From: a virus
Taxonomy: Duplodnaviria > Caudoviricetes
Strand: one strand, 5' to 3'
Virus record (IMG/VR): IMGVR_UViG_3300031998_000004
DNA length: 64,000 nt
The position numbers and the translations under genes are program-made. The notes below the pieces were generated by a model that was not told where the DNA came from, ran no database searches, and worked only from the letters and a program-made list of their open reading frames with translations. Positions 40,316-49,765 of the stretch are shown in pieces (within the stretch, counting starts at the first letter, position 1; every line of letters starts with the position of its first letter).

Positions 40316-40490
40316 AATTAATAAGAGGTGTCTTTACAAATTGATTCCCCGCAAAGTTTGATTTCCACAGTAATATTGTGTTCATCAGGTTCCATCCAAG
40401 TATCATAATAACCAACATCGTGTTCTGGATGCCGAACTTCGACTGTTAAATTCTCTTTTAGAAATTGTATTAGTTCTTCCTTATTCATAT

Positions 40491-40757
40491 CTATTCCTCC
40501 TTTCTCGTATCAAGAACTTGGTCAATATAAGTTCGTGCGTAAAACCGGATATCATCTTTCCATACTTGGCGACGCATTTTTATAAGTTGTCCATCTTTGT
40601 AGAAAAAGAATGTCAATCCTTTCCCCAGACCAGATAACATAATAACATCGTATCCTTTATAGGACATTGTTTGTAGATGTTGTGGATTATGTCGTTGTTT
40701 CAAATATTCAAATTTCTCGCTGTAAGAATATCTTGCATTCCTTTCGAATTCGGTCAT
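40491..40757 (-). CDS. Hypothetical protein
   Basis: 88 aa ORF in operon. Confidence 0.7.
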   Translation of the reverse strand: MTEFERNARYSYSEKFEYLKQRHNPQHLQTMSYKGYDVIMLSGLGKGLTFFFYKDGQLIKMRRQVWKDDIRFYARTYIDQVLDTRKEE

Positions 40758-40760
40758 ATT

Positions 40761-41030
40761 CTACCTCTCATTTCTTGCGTTAACCCCAAGTTCGTAGAAG
40801 TGGCGAAGCATTTTATTGCACTCACACCAAGTCCATTTCCCATTTTTACAGGAATCTTCATCACCTATCCAATTAAGAATCTCTTTCTCCAAATCCACCT
40901 CCGGCTGCTCCTGCTGGAGAGAGGTGATGAAATTATACAAATCATCCATAGCCAACTTTAATTGCCAGCTTGGATATTTATCTTTCAGTCTTTCTATCTC
41001 GGCAATCAGCTTTTCTGTGTCAATGTACAT
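40761..41030 (-). CDS. Hypothetical protein
   Basis: MYIDTEKLIAEIERLK. Confidence 0.7.
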   Translation of the reverse strand: MYIDTEKLIAEIERLKDKYPSWQLKLAMDDLYNFITSLQQEQPEVDLEKEILNWIGDEDSCKNGKWTWCECNKMLRHFYELGVNARNER

Positions 41031-41054
41031 AGACTATAATTTTTTCAATTGTTT

Positions 41055-41085
41055 ATATATAACAAATTATTAAAAAACATTTAAC
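41055..41085 (-). promoter_or_regulatory. Candidate phage promoter
   Basis: GTTAAA-18nt-TATATAT. Confidence 0.5.
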
Positions 41086-41115
41086 TATTTTATATGAAAT
41101 CATAATTATATTAAC

Positions 41116-42969
41116 ATGAGTTCATTCAATCCAATAAAAGAAGATAAAGAAGGAGTAATCGCAAAACGAACTATATGGTCTACCCAGTCGGTTAATATGG
41201 CACTTCGTGGCCTAGAACAAGGACGTAAGTTGGTCGCTAATCCGTTCTACGAGAACAACACAAAAATTCTCAAAGGGGACTTGGTGTTTGAGAGAACTCC
41301 TGAGGAGATTGCCGAATGGAAGCATTGTGCAAACGACATCATATATTTTGTAGAGAAGTATTGTAAGTTGATGACTCCAGAGGGAATTCAAAATATCGTC
41401 TTACGAGATTATCAAGAAGCATACTTGCGTCACCTAGAGAAACATAGGTTATCTGTGATGCTCTCTGCACGACAGGCTGGTAAGACAACGACATCTGCAC
41501 TGTTTATGTTGCATTATATATGTTTCAACTTTGATAAGAATGCACTCGTGTTGGGTAACAAAAGGAAGACCGCAATTGAAATACTTGACAAGGCGAAAAA
41601 GATATTTATCGAACTCCCGTACTTCTTGAGACCCGGTGTATATAAATGGAACGAAGCTGAGATCGTTCTAGATAACGGATGTAGACTGATGGCGGAAGCA
41701 ACCACGATCAACTCGGGTATTTCATTCACGTTCCACTGCGTCCTCGCAGACGAGTTTGGGCACATTGCTCCAAACATCTTGGATAAGTTCTACGAAAACC
41801 TATTTCCTACTATCACTGCTGCAAAGGCACGATTTATGATTACCTCCACACAGAACGGATATAATCTCTTTTATCGTATATATAAAGCAGCTGAAGCTGG
41901 GGAGAATGAATATGCTGCGTTTAAGGTTGACTGGGATCAGATACCTGAATGGAACCCCGATAAGCGTTGCTGGGAACCGAGAACCGAAGAGTGGCACCGG
42001 ATGCAGATAGCAAACTACGGCTCTGAAGAAGCCTTCAATCGTCAGTTCGGTACGGACTTTGATGTGGATGCTAACACATTGATTAATAAGAAGATACTAA
42101 AGACCTGTCAACACGATTGTCAAGAATTCATTAATAAAGACATTCCCGGAGTGTCACTAGCCAATCATTATTATTGGAGTCCTGACTACGACCCAGTATC
42201 ACAGCTCAGAAAAGATTATATTATCGCACTCGGAGACCTGGCGGAAGGAGTAGAGAAAGACTATACGCATTTTAATATATGTAGGCTTATTGAACCTGAC
42301 TCCGATAAACTTGAATGTGTGGGGTACTACAGGTCAAATAACGTAGATCGAAAGGATATTGCGAAGTCTCTTATGGAACTCTGTTCGATTCAATGTGACC
42401 AGAACCACACTCTTCTTTCATTCGAGAGAAACACCTACGGAGAACTCTTCCTTAAACACATAGAGGACTTCGAAGAGAAAAACACCATTCCTGGATTTGA
42501 TAAGAGTGTGTTGGTTAAGTTCTTTAATGATAGTGGAACGAGATTTGAATATGGTGTTAGGATTACTCGCGGAAACAAATCCAATATGTGTATTCTCTTT
42601 AAGGAGGATTTTGAGAAGGGGCGAGTTATAAACAAATCAACAATCTTCTGTTCCGAGCTTTTGAACTTCTCCGATCCCGAAGAGAAAGGTGTTTGGAAAG
42701 CTGCGTTTGGTCATGACGATGCTGTGATGTCTATGATTCAATATGAAGCGGTAAAGAAGACCCTTCAGTTTACACTCCTCAAACAGGAATTCGATTCAAT
42801 GGCCGGGCAAACCGATACAAGTTATAATCCATATTCTAATATATATGATACATTGACTCCTACCTCAGATGATATTTATGGGAGATTTTTAGAATCGGGG
42901 TGTAAAACGTTTGCTGAGTTTGAATCAAAGGAATCAGAGAGACGATTAGGTGGATGTAGATTGATGTAA
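41116..42969 (+). CDS. terL: Terminase large subunit (T4 gp17-like)
   Basis: LRDYQ, SARQAGKTT Walker A, LADEF Walker B, ITSTQNG, GDLAEG and HDDAVMS nuclease motifs. Confidence 0.93.
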   Translation: MSSFNPIKEDKEGVIAKRTIWSTQSVNMALRGLEQGRKLVANPFYENNTKILKGDLVFERTPEEIAEWKHCANDIIYFVEKYCKLMTPEGIQNIVLRDYQEAYLRHLEKHRLSVMLSARQAGKTTTSALFMLHYICFNFDKNALVLGNKRKTAIEILDKAKKIFIELPYFLRPGVYKWNEAEIVLDNGCRLMAEATTINSGISFTFHCVLADEFGHIAPNILDKFYENLFPTITAAKARFMITSTQNGYNLFYRIYKAAEAGENEYAAFKVDWDQIPEWNPDKRCWEPRTEEWHRMQIANYGSEEAFNRQFGTDFDVDANTLINKKILKTCQHDCQEFINKDIPGVSLANHYYWSPDYDPVSQLRKDYIIALGDLAEGVEKDYTHFNICRLIEPDSDKLECVGYYRSNNVDRKDIAKSLMELCSIQCDQNHTLLSFERNTYGELFLKHIEDFEEKNTIPGFDKSVLVKFFNDSGTRFEYGVRITRGNKSNMCILFKEDFEKGRVINKSTIFCSELLNFSDPEEKGVWKAAFGHDDAVMSMIQYEAVKKTLQFTLLKQEFDSMAGQTDTSYNPYSNIYDTLTPTSDDIYGRFLESGCKTFAEFESKESERRLGGCRLM

Positions 42970-42971
42970 AA

Positions 42972-42999
42972 AAAAAAGAACCCCGAAGGGTTCTTTTTT
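42972..42999. terminator. Bidirectional intrinsic terminator
   Basis: AAAAAAGAACCC-cgaa-GGGTTCTTTTTT. Confidence 0.8.
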
Positions 43000-43744
43000 A
43001 GTCCTGATAAGGAACCGGATCTTTCAATCCGTTCTTCTCAAATGCTTCTAGTCGTTCTGTACAACTACCACACTTCCCACAGCTCCTACCTTCAGGGTCC
43101 GGATCATAGCATGTGTGGGTATTGGAAAGGAACTCATCACGGTCCTCATCATTCCATCCAAGAGTCTTCATCGCCTTCAACCCCTCTGCAAGAACTTCCG
43201 CTTTATCAATATCAACAAACGGTGCTTCGTAAGCTACTTTGTCTGCGTTCCAATCAGAAATCCTAAATGCCTTCTCACATGCCTCACGAGATTCAGGACG
43301 ACAGTCGGGATAGATAGTATGGTCTCCGGCATGGATACCAAGACTGATGATGACATTCTCTCCACTCTCTACTGCCCAGTTGATCGCTTTACTAAATACA
43401 ACTGCACTAAAGAGTACATTCCTAAGGGGAACTACTGTACTCTTCATATTCTCTGCAGCATAGTGTCCGTGAGGAATATCCTTTCCAGTACTCGCTACAA
43501 GTGAACTGGTATTTCCAGAGAATACATCAACCATATTAATAATCTGATGACTGACCGGAAGACCCTTTGCTCGTAAGAACGCGATGTTTTTGGTAATCTT
43601 CTCAAGTTCAATCCTATGTTTCTGACCGTAGTCAAAACTATAACATCTTACTTCCTTGCCTTCTGCAAGGAGCTTTAGTAAAAGCATGCTGCTATCCAAT
43701 CCGCCGGAGCAGCTAAGAACGGCCTTCTTTGCAAAATTACTCAT
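42998..43744 (-). CDS. queC: 7-cyano-7-deazaguanine synthase
   Basis: SGGLDS, FDYGQKH, VPLRN, YPDCR, CY...CGKCGSC. Confidence 0.95.
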   Translation of the reverse strand: MSNFAKKAVLSCSGGLDSSMLLLKLLAEGKEVRCYSFDYGQKHRIELEKITKNIAFLRAKGLPVSHQIINMVDVFSGNTSSLVASTGKDIPHGHYAAENMKSTVVPLRNVLFSAVVFSKAINWAVESGENVIISLGIHAGDHTIYPDCRPESREACEKAFRISDWNADKVAYEAPFVDIDKAEVLAEGLKAMKTLGWNDEDRDEFLSNTHTCYDPDPEGRSCGKCGSCTERLEAFEKNGLKDPVPYQD

Positions 43745-44291
43745 ATCTTAAATCTCCATAATTTTTCATTATATCCTCAACAATTGCCACTCTTTCCTCA
43801 ACAGTTCCTCTCAACTCAATGTAATCAACGCCCATTCCATCAAGCAGGTCTTTAATGTTCTTATCGATTGCTTTCCTGAAATCTTCATCCATTGAACGGA
43901 AACCATCATACTCCACATCAAACTCAATAGGAACATAGAAATAAACAGTATCGTTTCCATACTTCTCTTGGAACTCCACGAGTCTCTCTATCTGGTCATC
44001 CAAGAACTTCTCTCCTTCCTCTCCCTTGTCCTGCATGTTATAACAAGTATATGCAATAACATCTGTCAATCCACGATCAGAAATGAATGGAATTTCCTCT
44101 TTACTCAACACCTGTTCATAAGTGTCAAAGATCCTTGTCTGTCCCCTCATGTTTCCTTGTTCGTTGACCGGGATCTGTTCGTCCTTTGCAAGATTCCTAA
44201 CCACTTCAGTTACAATGTTTATCTTCCCTTCAAAATGTTTTAATATAGAAGTTTTTCCCACACCTTGTGCTCCTGTTAATATATACCTCAT
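43737..44291 (-). CDS. P-loop nucleotide kinase / AAA_28 (NadR-like) protein
   Basis: TGAQGVGKTS, SDRGLTD..AY, DGFR. Confidence 0.75.
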   Translation of the reverse strand: MRYILTGAQGVGKTSILKHFEGKINIVTEVVRNLAKDEQIPVNEQGNMRGQTRIFDTYEQVLSKEEIPFISDRGLTDVIAYTCYNMQDKGEEGEKFLDDQIERLVEFQEKYGNDTVYFYVPIEFDVEYDGFRSMDEDFRKAIDKNIKDLLDGMGVDYIELRGTVEERVAIVEDIMKNYGDLRYE

Positions 44292-44316
44292 AATTAATTA
44301 GTTATAAAATTTAACA

Positions 44317-45357
44317 TTAATCTTTTACAGTATTAATATATTGTTTTATCTTATTAAATTTATCCCTTAACTCCTCCGGAATCATCCCTTCAGTCATCGT
44401 TTCGATATTGTATCCTTCAAACTTCTTAATGTCTACTGTTGTGTTCTCGTTCTCGTCCGGTTGAGGAATCCTCCATATATTCTTAAACTTCTTTGTCCAC
44501 TGTGAGTAAGCATCCGCGTATTTCTTTTGAGCCACCTTAGACCTATCTATATATATCTCTATATAGTCATCCTTCTTAACAGACTTCGGAATCTCAAATA
44601 TCTCGTCATTATAGAATCTCCAGAATCGGATACTCTTGGTGTTTGGAATAAACTTTAGTTCACCACCATCCTCGTATTCGTAGAATCCCCTTTCGGAGTT
44701 GTTATCAGTAAATGTCAATGCAAATACACTGCCGAGATTCTTGATATTGTCTTTAAAGTATGGGGTATGAATATGTCCTGAGATAATATTCTGACATTCT
44801 ATATCCGTTTTTTCACGAACCAAGTCAGCATGTGTAAAGATGTGTGTGATGTCGGCGTCGGGGGAGCGATCCGGATCATTTCTAAAGTTTTCTAAATATT
44901 CCACCAGATCGTCATGTTTGATCCACTCATACCATGGAACATACAAGCATACTTCATTCCCCCAAGTATCTCCTTGTTTAGATCGGGATATTATGTTAAA
45001 AATAGAAGGATATTTTAATTGTAATTGTTGAAACATTAGTGTTACCGTATCCACGTCTTCTATCCGTTCCCCGTAGTAATCATGATTTCCAGAAACTATG
45101 ATAAACTTATCTACTATCTCACATATCTGTAAAAATAGATCCACCACTGTTGTTGCTATATAAGTATTAATTGTTGAACGACTGTCAAACACATCCCCAC
45201 AATGAATGAGACGAACCATATATCCATCTTTCTTTCTCTTTTTAAGATGCGGAATGAGTTGTTTGTCAAAAAACTCCTTTTGAGACTTCAACCACGTCAT
45301 ACTACAATTATGTGTCCCAAAATGAGTATCTGTTATAAGAACTGTTATATACTTCAT
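44317..45357 (-). CDS. Recombination nuclease subunit (T4 gp47 / SbcD-like)
   Basis: TDTHFG, CGDVFDSR, GNHD, SGHIH, GS.F.LT..D...RGF. Confidence 0.85.
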   Translation of the reverse strand: MKYITVLITDTHFGTHNCSMTWLKSQKEFFDKQLIPHLKKRKKDGYMVRLIHCGDVFDSRSTINTYIATTVVDLFLQICEIVDKFIIVSGNHDYYGERIEDVDTVTLMFQQLQLKYPSIFNIISRSKQGDTWGNEVCLYVPWYEWIKHDDLVEYLENFRNDPDRSPDADITHIFTHADLVREKTDIECQNIISGHIHTPYFKDNIKNLGSVFALTFTDNNSERGFYEYEDGGELKFIPNTKSIRFWRFYNDEIFEIPKSVKKDDYIEIYIDRSKVAQKKYADAYSQWTKKFKNIWRIPQPDENENTTVDIKKFEGYNIETMTEGMIPEELRDKFNKIKQYINTVKD

Positions 45358-46271
45358 TAATAATTACGGAATATATTTACGTTATATTCAATAAGTCTCT
45401 GTGTATGAAGGTCAAACTCCTCCAACATAAAGTCATCAATAATTGTTTTTGGTTTTGCTTTCTCAAGTCCTAGTACTTCGCCTTCAATAGCAAGTTTAAC
45501 GGGATATCCAGTATCCATACTCACTGGACTGTTTTTAGAGAAAAGCGTCTTCAGGTACTTCTTCTCTGCAGGACAATGACTACCAAGGAAATGAAGTAAT
45601 GTATATTGAGGCTTCCCATCAGGGGCAAGTATATCCAATCCCCAATGTTTCATCCACATACACCTACCCATCGCATACCGTACATCTTCTGTACAGATAT
45701 TATAACCAGCAGTTGCAAACTCATATGCAATATCTCCATCACATTCATCTATCTCTTCTTTAAGGAATGTATTATGAAATGGGATAGCAATGTTGGTGTA
45801 TCCCATATTAAAGAGCGTAGTTAGGCAACTATTGAATTCCTCAACTGTGTTTCCTTGAACAACAGCAATCGGCTGAGGAAAAAGCTCTCCAACAACACGG
45901 TCAGCATCTTCAATTTCTGAAAAATATTTTTCTATATTCCTCTGGTGGTTGGTTTTGAACTTCAGGACATCAAGCACTGTCTTATCCTTATCCATCAGGG
46001 TATCTGGAAGGATATAATAGTCTGGATTGAGTTCAATGATGGCTTTCTCATATGCATCCAGGTCAAGTTCCTGTCCTTTAACAAAGAACTCATACGCGGA
46101 GTTATCAAAAATCATTCTCCGTTCGGGATGCTTCTCTCGCATCTCGTCAAAGTACTTCTTATACTCCGGTTCGGTTGTATATAAGTGAAATAATACGAAA
46201 TCGAAATCGTTGAGCTTCTCATTACAATCATTGAGAAGTGTAATAGGTAATTCTGAGTTTGTTCTAATCAT
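45357..46271 (-). CDS. TGT/DpdA-like TIM-barrel protein (putative base-exchange enzyme)
   Basis: IFDNSAYEF, ILPD, AVVQG, HFLG, SMDT pattern parallels TGT motifs; in operon with queC. Confidence 0.5.
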   Translation of the reverse strand: MIRTNSELPITLLNDCNEKLNDFDFVLFHLYTTEPEYKKYFDEMREKHPERRMIFDNSAYEFFVKGQELDLDAYEKAIIELNPDYYILPDTLMDKDKTVLDVLKFKTNHQRNIEKYFSEIEDADRVVGELFPQPIAVVQGNTVEEFNSCLTTLFNMGYTNIAIPFHNTFLKEEIDECDGDIAYEFATAGYNICTEDVRYAMGRCMWMKHWGLDILAPDGKPQYTLLHFLGSHCPAEKKYLKTLFSKNSPVSMDTGYPVKLAIEGEVLGLEKAKPKTIIDDFMLEEFDLHTQRLIEYNVNIFRNY

Positions 46272-46300
46272 GAAATAATATATAAAAAAGAAGGAATCAA

Positions 46301-47776
46301 TTAAGATTCCTCCTCCATGTCATGTTCGCCAGCATCGTGGCTCTTCTTCTCAAGATCATAGTGAGCCTTCGTCTTGAGCTTCCAGGCCCGAGGGAGCGGA
46401 TCGTTGTTGATTCGGATAACTACTCCTTCGCGTGGTGCCTTCATCCGACAGAGTGGTTCCTGGAGCTCCATACCAAGCAAGGTCTTGTCGGTCTTCATCT
46501 TTTCGAGAAGCTCAAGTGACCACCCCTCGTCGTCGTGATTGAGATCGGGATAGAGCTCGCCAAGTACTCCATCATAAAGGATCGGTACTGTCATGAGTCT
46601 CTCTACTCCTTCGTACTTATGTTCGATAGCAAAGTGTGCTCGGAGATTATCTGTCCATGTAGCCACCTCACCAAGGTTCCACTCGCGTCTGTTTCCTTTT
46701 CTGTCTACTTCAACAATCCTATAAGGCATAAACTTCCACTCACCAGGACGGCAACCGTAGTCGTGTCCTTTCTGAATCATCTTTGTAGTTCCACCGACGT
46801 ATCCTACTATCTCACCATAGACAATCATCCCCGTGGTGATGTGGTCTGCTAGTAGGTCGCGGACCGGTGCCCAGATGTCGCTTCCATAGAAGTAATTTGC
46901 CTCACGAGGAACGTCATAGACCTTCTCATTACGAATCTTCGTCCGGGAAGCATACAAAAGTCTATATTCCTTTGGATGGAAGATACTATAAAGGATCTTC
47001 TTGAATTTATTATCCGTCTGCTTATAACAAAGGACATTTGCGAAGATACCACTACTACCGTGTACCTTAACAGAAATAGTTACATCATCCGTCGGACGGA
47101 ATCCCTTGTAGCAGTCTTCGAAGTGAGGTGTGTCGTAGTGATACTTGAACTGTCCGGGAACAAGCACACGAGCGCGTCTAAGGTTCTTTGAACGCTGCTG
47201 GTAGTGCTTCTGGTCATTGGCTTTCTGTTCTACAGGCCGCTTACCACCAACCAAGTACTTCTCGCAGAACACTTCATCCCCAACCACATCGAAACTCTCT
47301 CCAACAACATCTTCAAACTCATACTCAGACCACTGATTGAGGATAGGGTATGCTGCTTGGAGACTCTTGATGTCAGCAAGATACCCCTGAGAGTAAACAC
47401 CACGAATCTTAATCTGTTTTACTCGTCCGTTGGTCTCAAAGTATCCACCCATCCCACTCAGTTCCTCAAGAGACTTACCAGAGCATAGTGCCTCGGTGAC
47501 CTCTTCAAAGTTGTCGTTGAGTTGATAGGATTCACTAGAAATTCTATATAAGTTATTCTTACTCAAGAACTTATGTGAGAGACTAGTCTCTACAGGAACA
47601 TATACATAGATGTTATCTCGGGGAAGATCCTTTGATATAACCACATCTCGTCCGCATACGATTGCTCGTACGAGTCGATCTGCTCCCGGAATGGGGAACA
47701 CAGCATCAATCTTGGTAAAGGTAGCTCTGTAGTTTACAAAACCGCCTTCTGATTGCTTGAATAAATCTTTAAGCAT
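46301..47776 (-). CDS. RNA ligase (Rnl2/DRB0094-like)
   Basis: N-terminal PIPGADRL domain; KVHGSS (motif I), YGEIVG, REGVVIR, WKLK. Confidence 0.82.
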   Translation of the reverse strand: MLKDLFKQSEGGFVNYRATFTKIDAVFPIPGADRLVRAIVCGRDVVISKDLPRDNIYVYVPVETSLSHKFLSKNNLYRISSESYQLNDNFEEVTEALCSGKSLEELSGMGGYFETNGRVKQIKIRGVYSQGYLADIKSLQAAYPILNQWSEYEFEDVVGESFDVVGDEVFCEKYLVGGKRPVEQKANDQKHYQQRSKNLRRARVLVPGQFKYHYDTPHFEDCYKGFRPTDDVTISVKVHGSSGIFANVLCYKQTDNKFKKILYSIFHPKEYRLLYASRTKIRNEKVYDVPREANYFYGSDIWAPVRDLLADHITTGMIVYGEIVGYVGGTTKMIQKGHDYGCRPGEWKFMPYRIVEVDRKGNRREWNLGEVATWTDNLRAHFAIEHKYEGVERLMTVPILYDGVLGELYPDLNHDDEGWSLELLEKMKTDKTLLGMELQEPLCRMKAPREGVVIRINNDPLPRAWKLKTKAHYDLEKKSHDAGEHDMEEES

Positions 47777-47780
47777 AACT

Positions 47781-48140
47781 TTATCCTCTTAAATAATTCT
47801 TCCACCAGTCAACTGCATCAGATACCGTTGCGTTAATTGCATACGTATAAGGATCTGGTCTGTTTGGATCGGCGGTTGCGTTAGTTGCATTATCTCCGCA
47901 CATTATAGTGTTCCTCTCCCACGGAGTTTCGTCTCTATAAGGTTCTGTAGTCCATGGCTTATACGGTTCGGTCACCCACGGGTTCTGATAAGGAATATAT
48001 ACATATTCCTTTTCGTTTTCATAAATTGATATTATAAGCGTGAGAGCATCAGCAAAATCGATTTTCTTGTCCTCTACTAATTTCTGTACTATATCGAGAG
48101 CCTTCCTTTGGGTCTCGGTGAGTTGTTTTGAAGTATTCAT
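47781..48140 (-). CDS. Hypothetical protein
   Basis: Contains short PW.TEPY repeats. Confidence 0.7.
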   Translation of the reverse strand: MNTSKQLTETQRKALDIVQKLVEDKKIDFADALTLIISIYENEKEYVYIPYQNPWVTEPYKPWTTEPYRDETPWERNTIMCGDNATNATADPNRPDPYTYAINATVSDAVDWWKNYLRG

Positions 48141-48144
48141 GATT

Positions 48145-48182
48145 AAATATATAAAAAAAGACCTCTTTGTTTAGAGGCTTTT
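48145..48182 (-). promoter_or_regulatory. Composite terminator hairpin + candidate promoter
   Basis: AAAGACCTCT..AGAGGCTTT hairpin containing CTAAA-18nt-TATATTT; near-identical to 61026-61064. Confidence 0.55.
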
Positions 48183-48187
48183 GTCGT

Positions 48188-49309
48188 TTATTTAAATGAT
48201 TCATATAAATAATCTGATAAATCCATACATTCCTTAACTTTCCCATGTTTGTCGATGTAAACTTTATGTTCTGCATCTTTTGGAGATCCGTCCGGCCAAT
48301 AGAATTTACCACCGCGTGGACCTGTATGGGTCGTTACTTTCTTTTTCTTTCCGTCCTTATCGGTGATCTCTTCTTGTTTTATGATATTACCATCCTTATC
48401 TTTTTCGACTTCTTTTTCAGACCCTTTATTTTTTGGAGCAAAATCAGATAGATCTCCTTTTTTTGCAAATTTTCGTTCATTCTTTCTAGCATTTTTGGCT
48501 GCTTCCTCATAAGTGGCTAAATCTGTTGAGGATATATGTTTTGAAATTTTTTCTATTTTCTTTAATCCTTTATCAACTTTTTTCCTTCCTCTATCTGTAT
48601 CCCATTCTTCAATTTTAGTCACCAATCTATCATAATTTTTCCTACCAACAGTGGATTTTAAAGCATCTTCAAATTCATCAGGGCTTCTTTCTTCACCATT
48701 TTCATCATATATACAATGATTTAATAGAAGGTATTGTTTTTTTAATGAATTTCGAACTTTTTCATCATCTGCTGTTTGAGAAGCCGAATACATAATCATC
48801 ATTCGTTTTTTAAGATCATCCATAGATTTTTTATTTTCCGCTTCTTTATCAGCTTGTGCATTTTGATATTTGACATATTGTGATGCTCCCCAAGTCGCAA
48901 CAGCAATAGCTTTTCCAACATATGGGATATCCTTTACATGTTTACTTACCACCGATTTTAAAATATCTCCCCCAGCATCTACACCAAATTGTTTCAGCTT
49001 ACGTAATTGTTGTTCTCTTTTGGCGTCTTCTTTTTCGGATTCGGTAATTTGAGTATCCACAAAAAGAGATTCAGATAAAAATCCTTCAATATCCTCATCA
49101 GAAATATCTGCCATTTTTAAGAATTCATCATCTTTCTTATTTTTCTCCTCATCCTCTTTTGAGTCCTTTTCTTCATCATCAACCACTTCTTCAAGATCAT
49201 CCGCATCGAGTTTGCCTTTTTTCCAGGTTTTAAAATAATCTATGACTTTCTTACGAAGATCATCGTCTTCTATATCATTAATATTTATATTTAATCCTTC
49301 TTTTATCAT
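48188..49309 (-). CDS. Charged putative internal head protein with GPRGG motif
   Basis: Acidic N-part with LSE-SLF and ITE sites; C-terminal THTGPRGGKFYW. Confidence 0.6.
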   Translation of the reverse strand: MIKEGLNININDIEDDDLRKKVIDYFKTWKKGKLDADDLEEVVDDEEKDSKEDEEKNKKDDEFLKMADISDEDIEGFLSESLFVDTQITESEKEDAKREQQLRKLKQFGVDAGGDILKSVVSKHVKDIPYVGKAIAVATWGASQYVKYQNAQADKEAENKKSMDDLKKRMMIMYSASQTADDEKVRNSLKKQYLLLNHCIYDENGEERSPDEFEDALKSTVGRKNYDRLVTKIEEWDTDRGRKKVDKGLKKIEKISKHISSTDLATYEEAAKNARKNERKFAKKGDLSDFAPKNKGSEKEVEKDKDGNIIKQEEITDKDGKKKKVTTHTGPRGGKFYWPDGSPKDAEHKVYIDKHGKVKECMDLSDYLYESFK

Positions 49310-49319
49310 GATCTCAAAC

Positions 49320-49679
49320 TTAATTTAAAATGGCTTCTATTTTATCCTTATCAGAACTATTATCCACATATGGTAAAATGACTTTTTTAATCACATTATC
49401 AATACCATCATCCACATCACATTGATCCTTAGCATCTTTTCCTATTTTATTTATATTACCTTTCAATATCTTAAGTAATATATCGAATTCTTTTTTATGA
49501 TTAGGATATTTTTGTACAAACTCATCCACCCATTCATCTAATTTCGAATTTGCTAAATCCAAACCGACCGTTATTAAAACACGCTTCAATAATGGTAATA
49601 ATTTTGTTCCGATTTGTTTTAATAAAGCTGGAGAGATAAACGCTTCATCAACCACCAAATATGTATATAAATCTTTCAT
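49320..49679 (-). CDS. Putative internal head protein (CTS-like leader)
   Basis: MKDLYTYLVVDE-A (start re-assigned). Confidence 0.6.
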   Translation of the reverse strand: MKDLYTYLVVDEAFISPALLKQIGTKLLPLLKRVLITVGLDLANSKLDEWVDEFVQKYPNHKKEFDILLKILKGNINKIGKDAKDQCDVDDGIDNVIKKVILPYVDNSSDKDKIEAILN

Positions 49680-49765
49680 ACTATTATAATAATACTTGAA
49701 ATTGGTGTTGTTTTGGTTTAAATATTTAAACACAATTTTTATTTTACCCATTATTATTTTCATAT

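Noticed and set aside
41116-41135. Terminase N-terminus MSSFNP as a tag member
   Set aside because: Lacks the invariant hydrophobic residue at position 3; likely chance.
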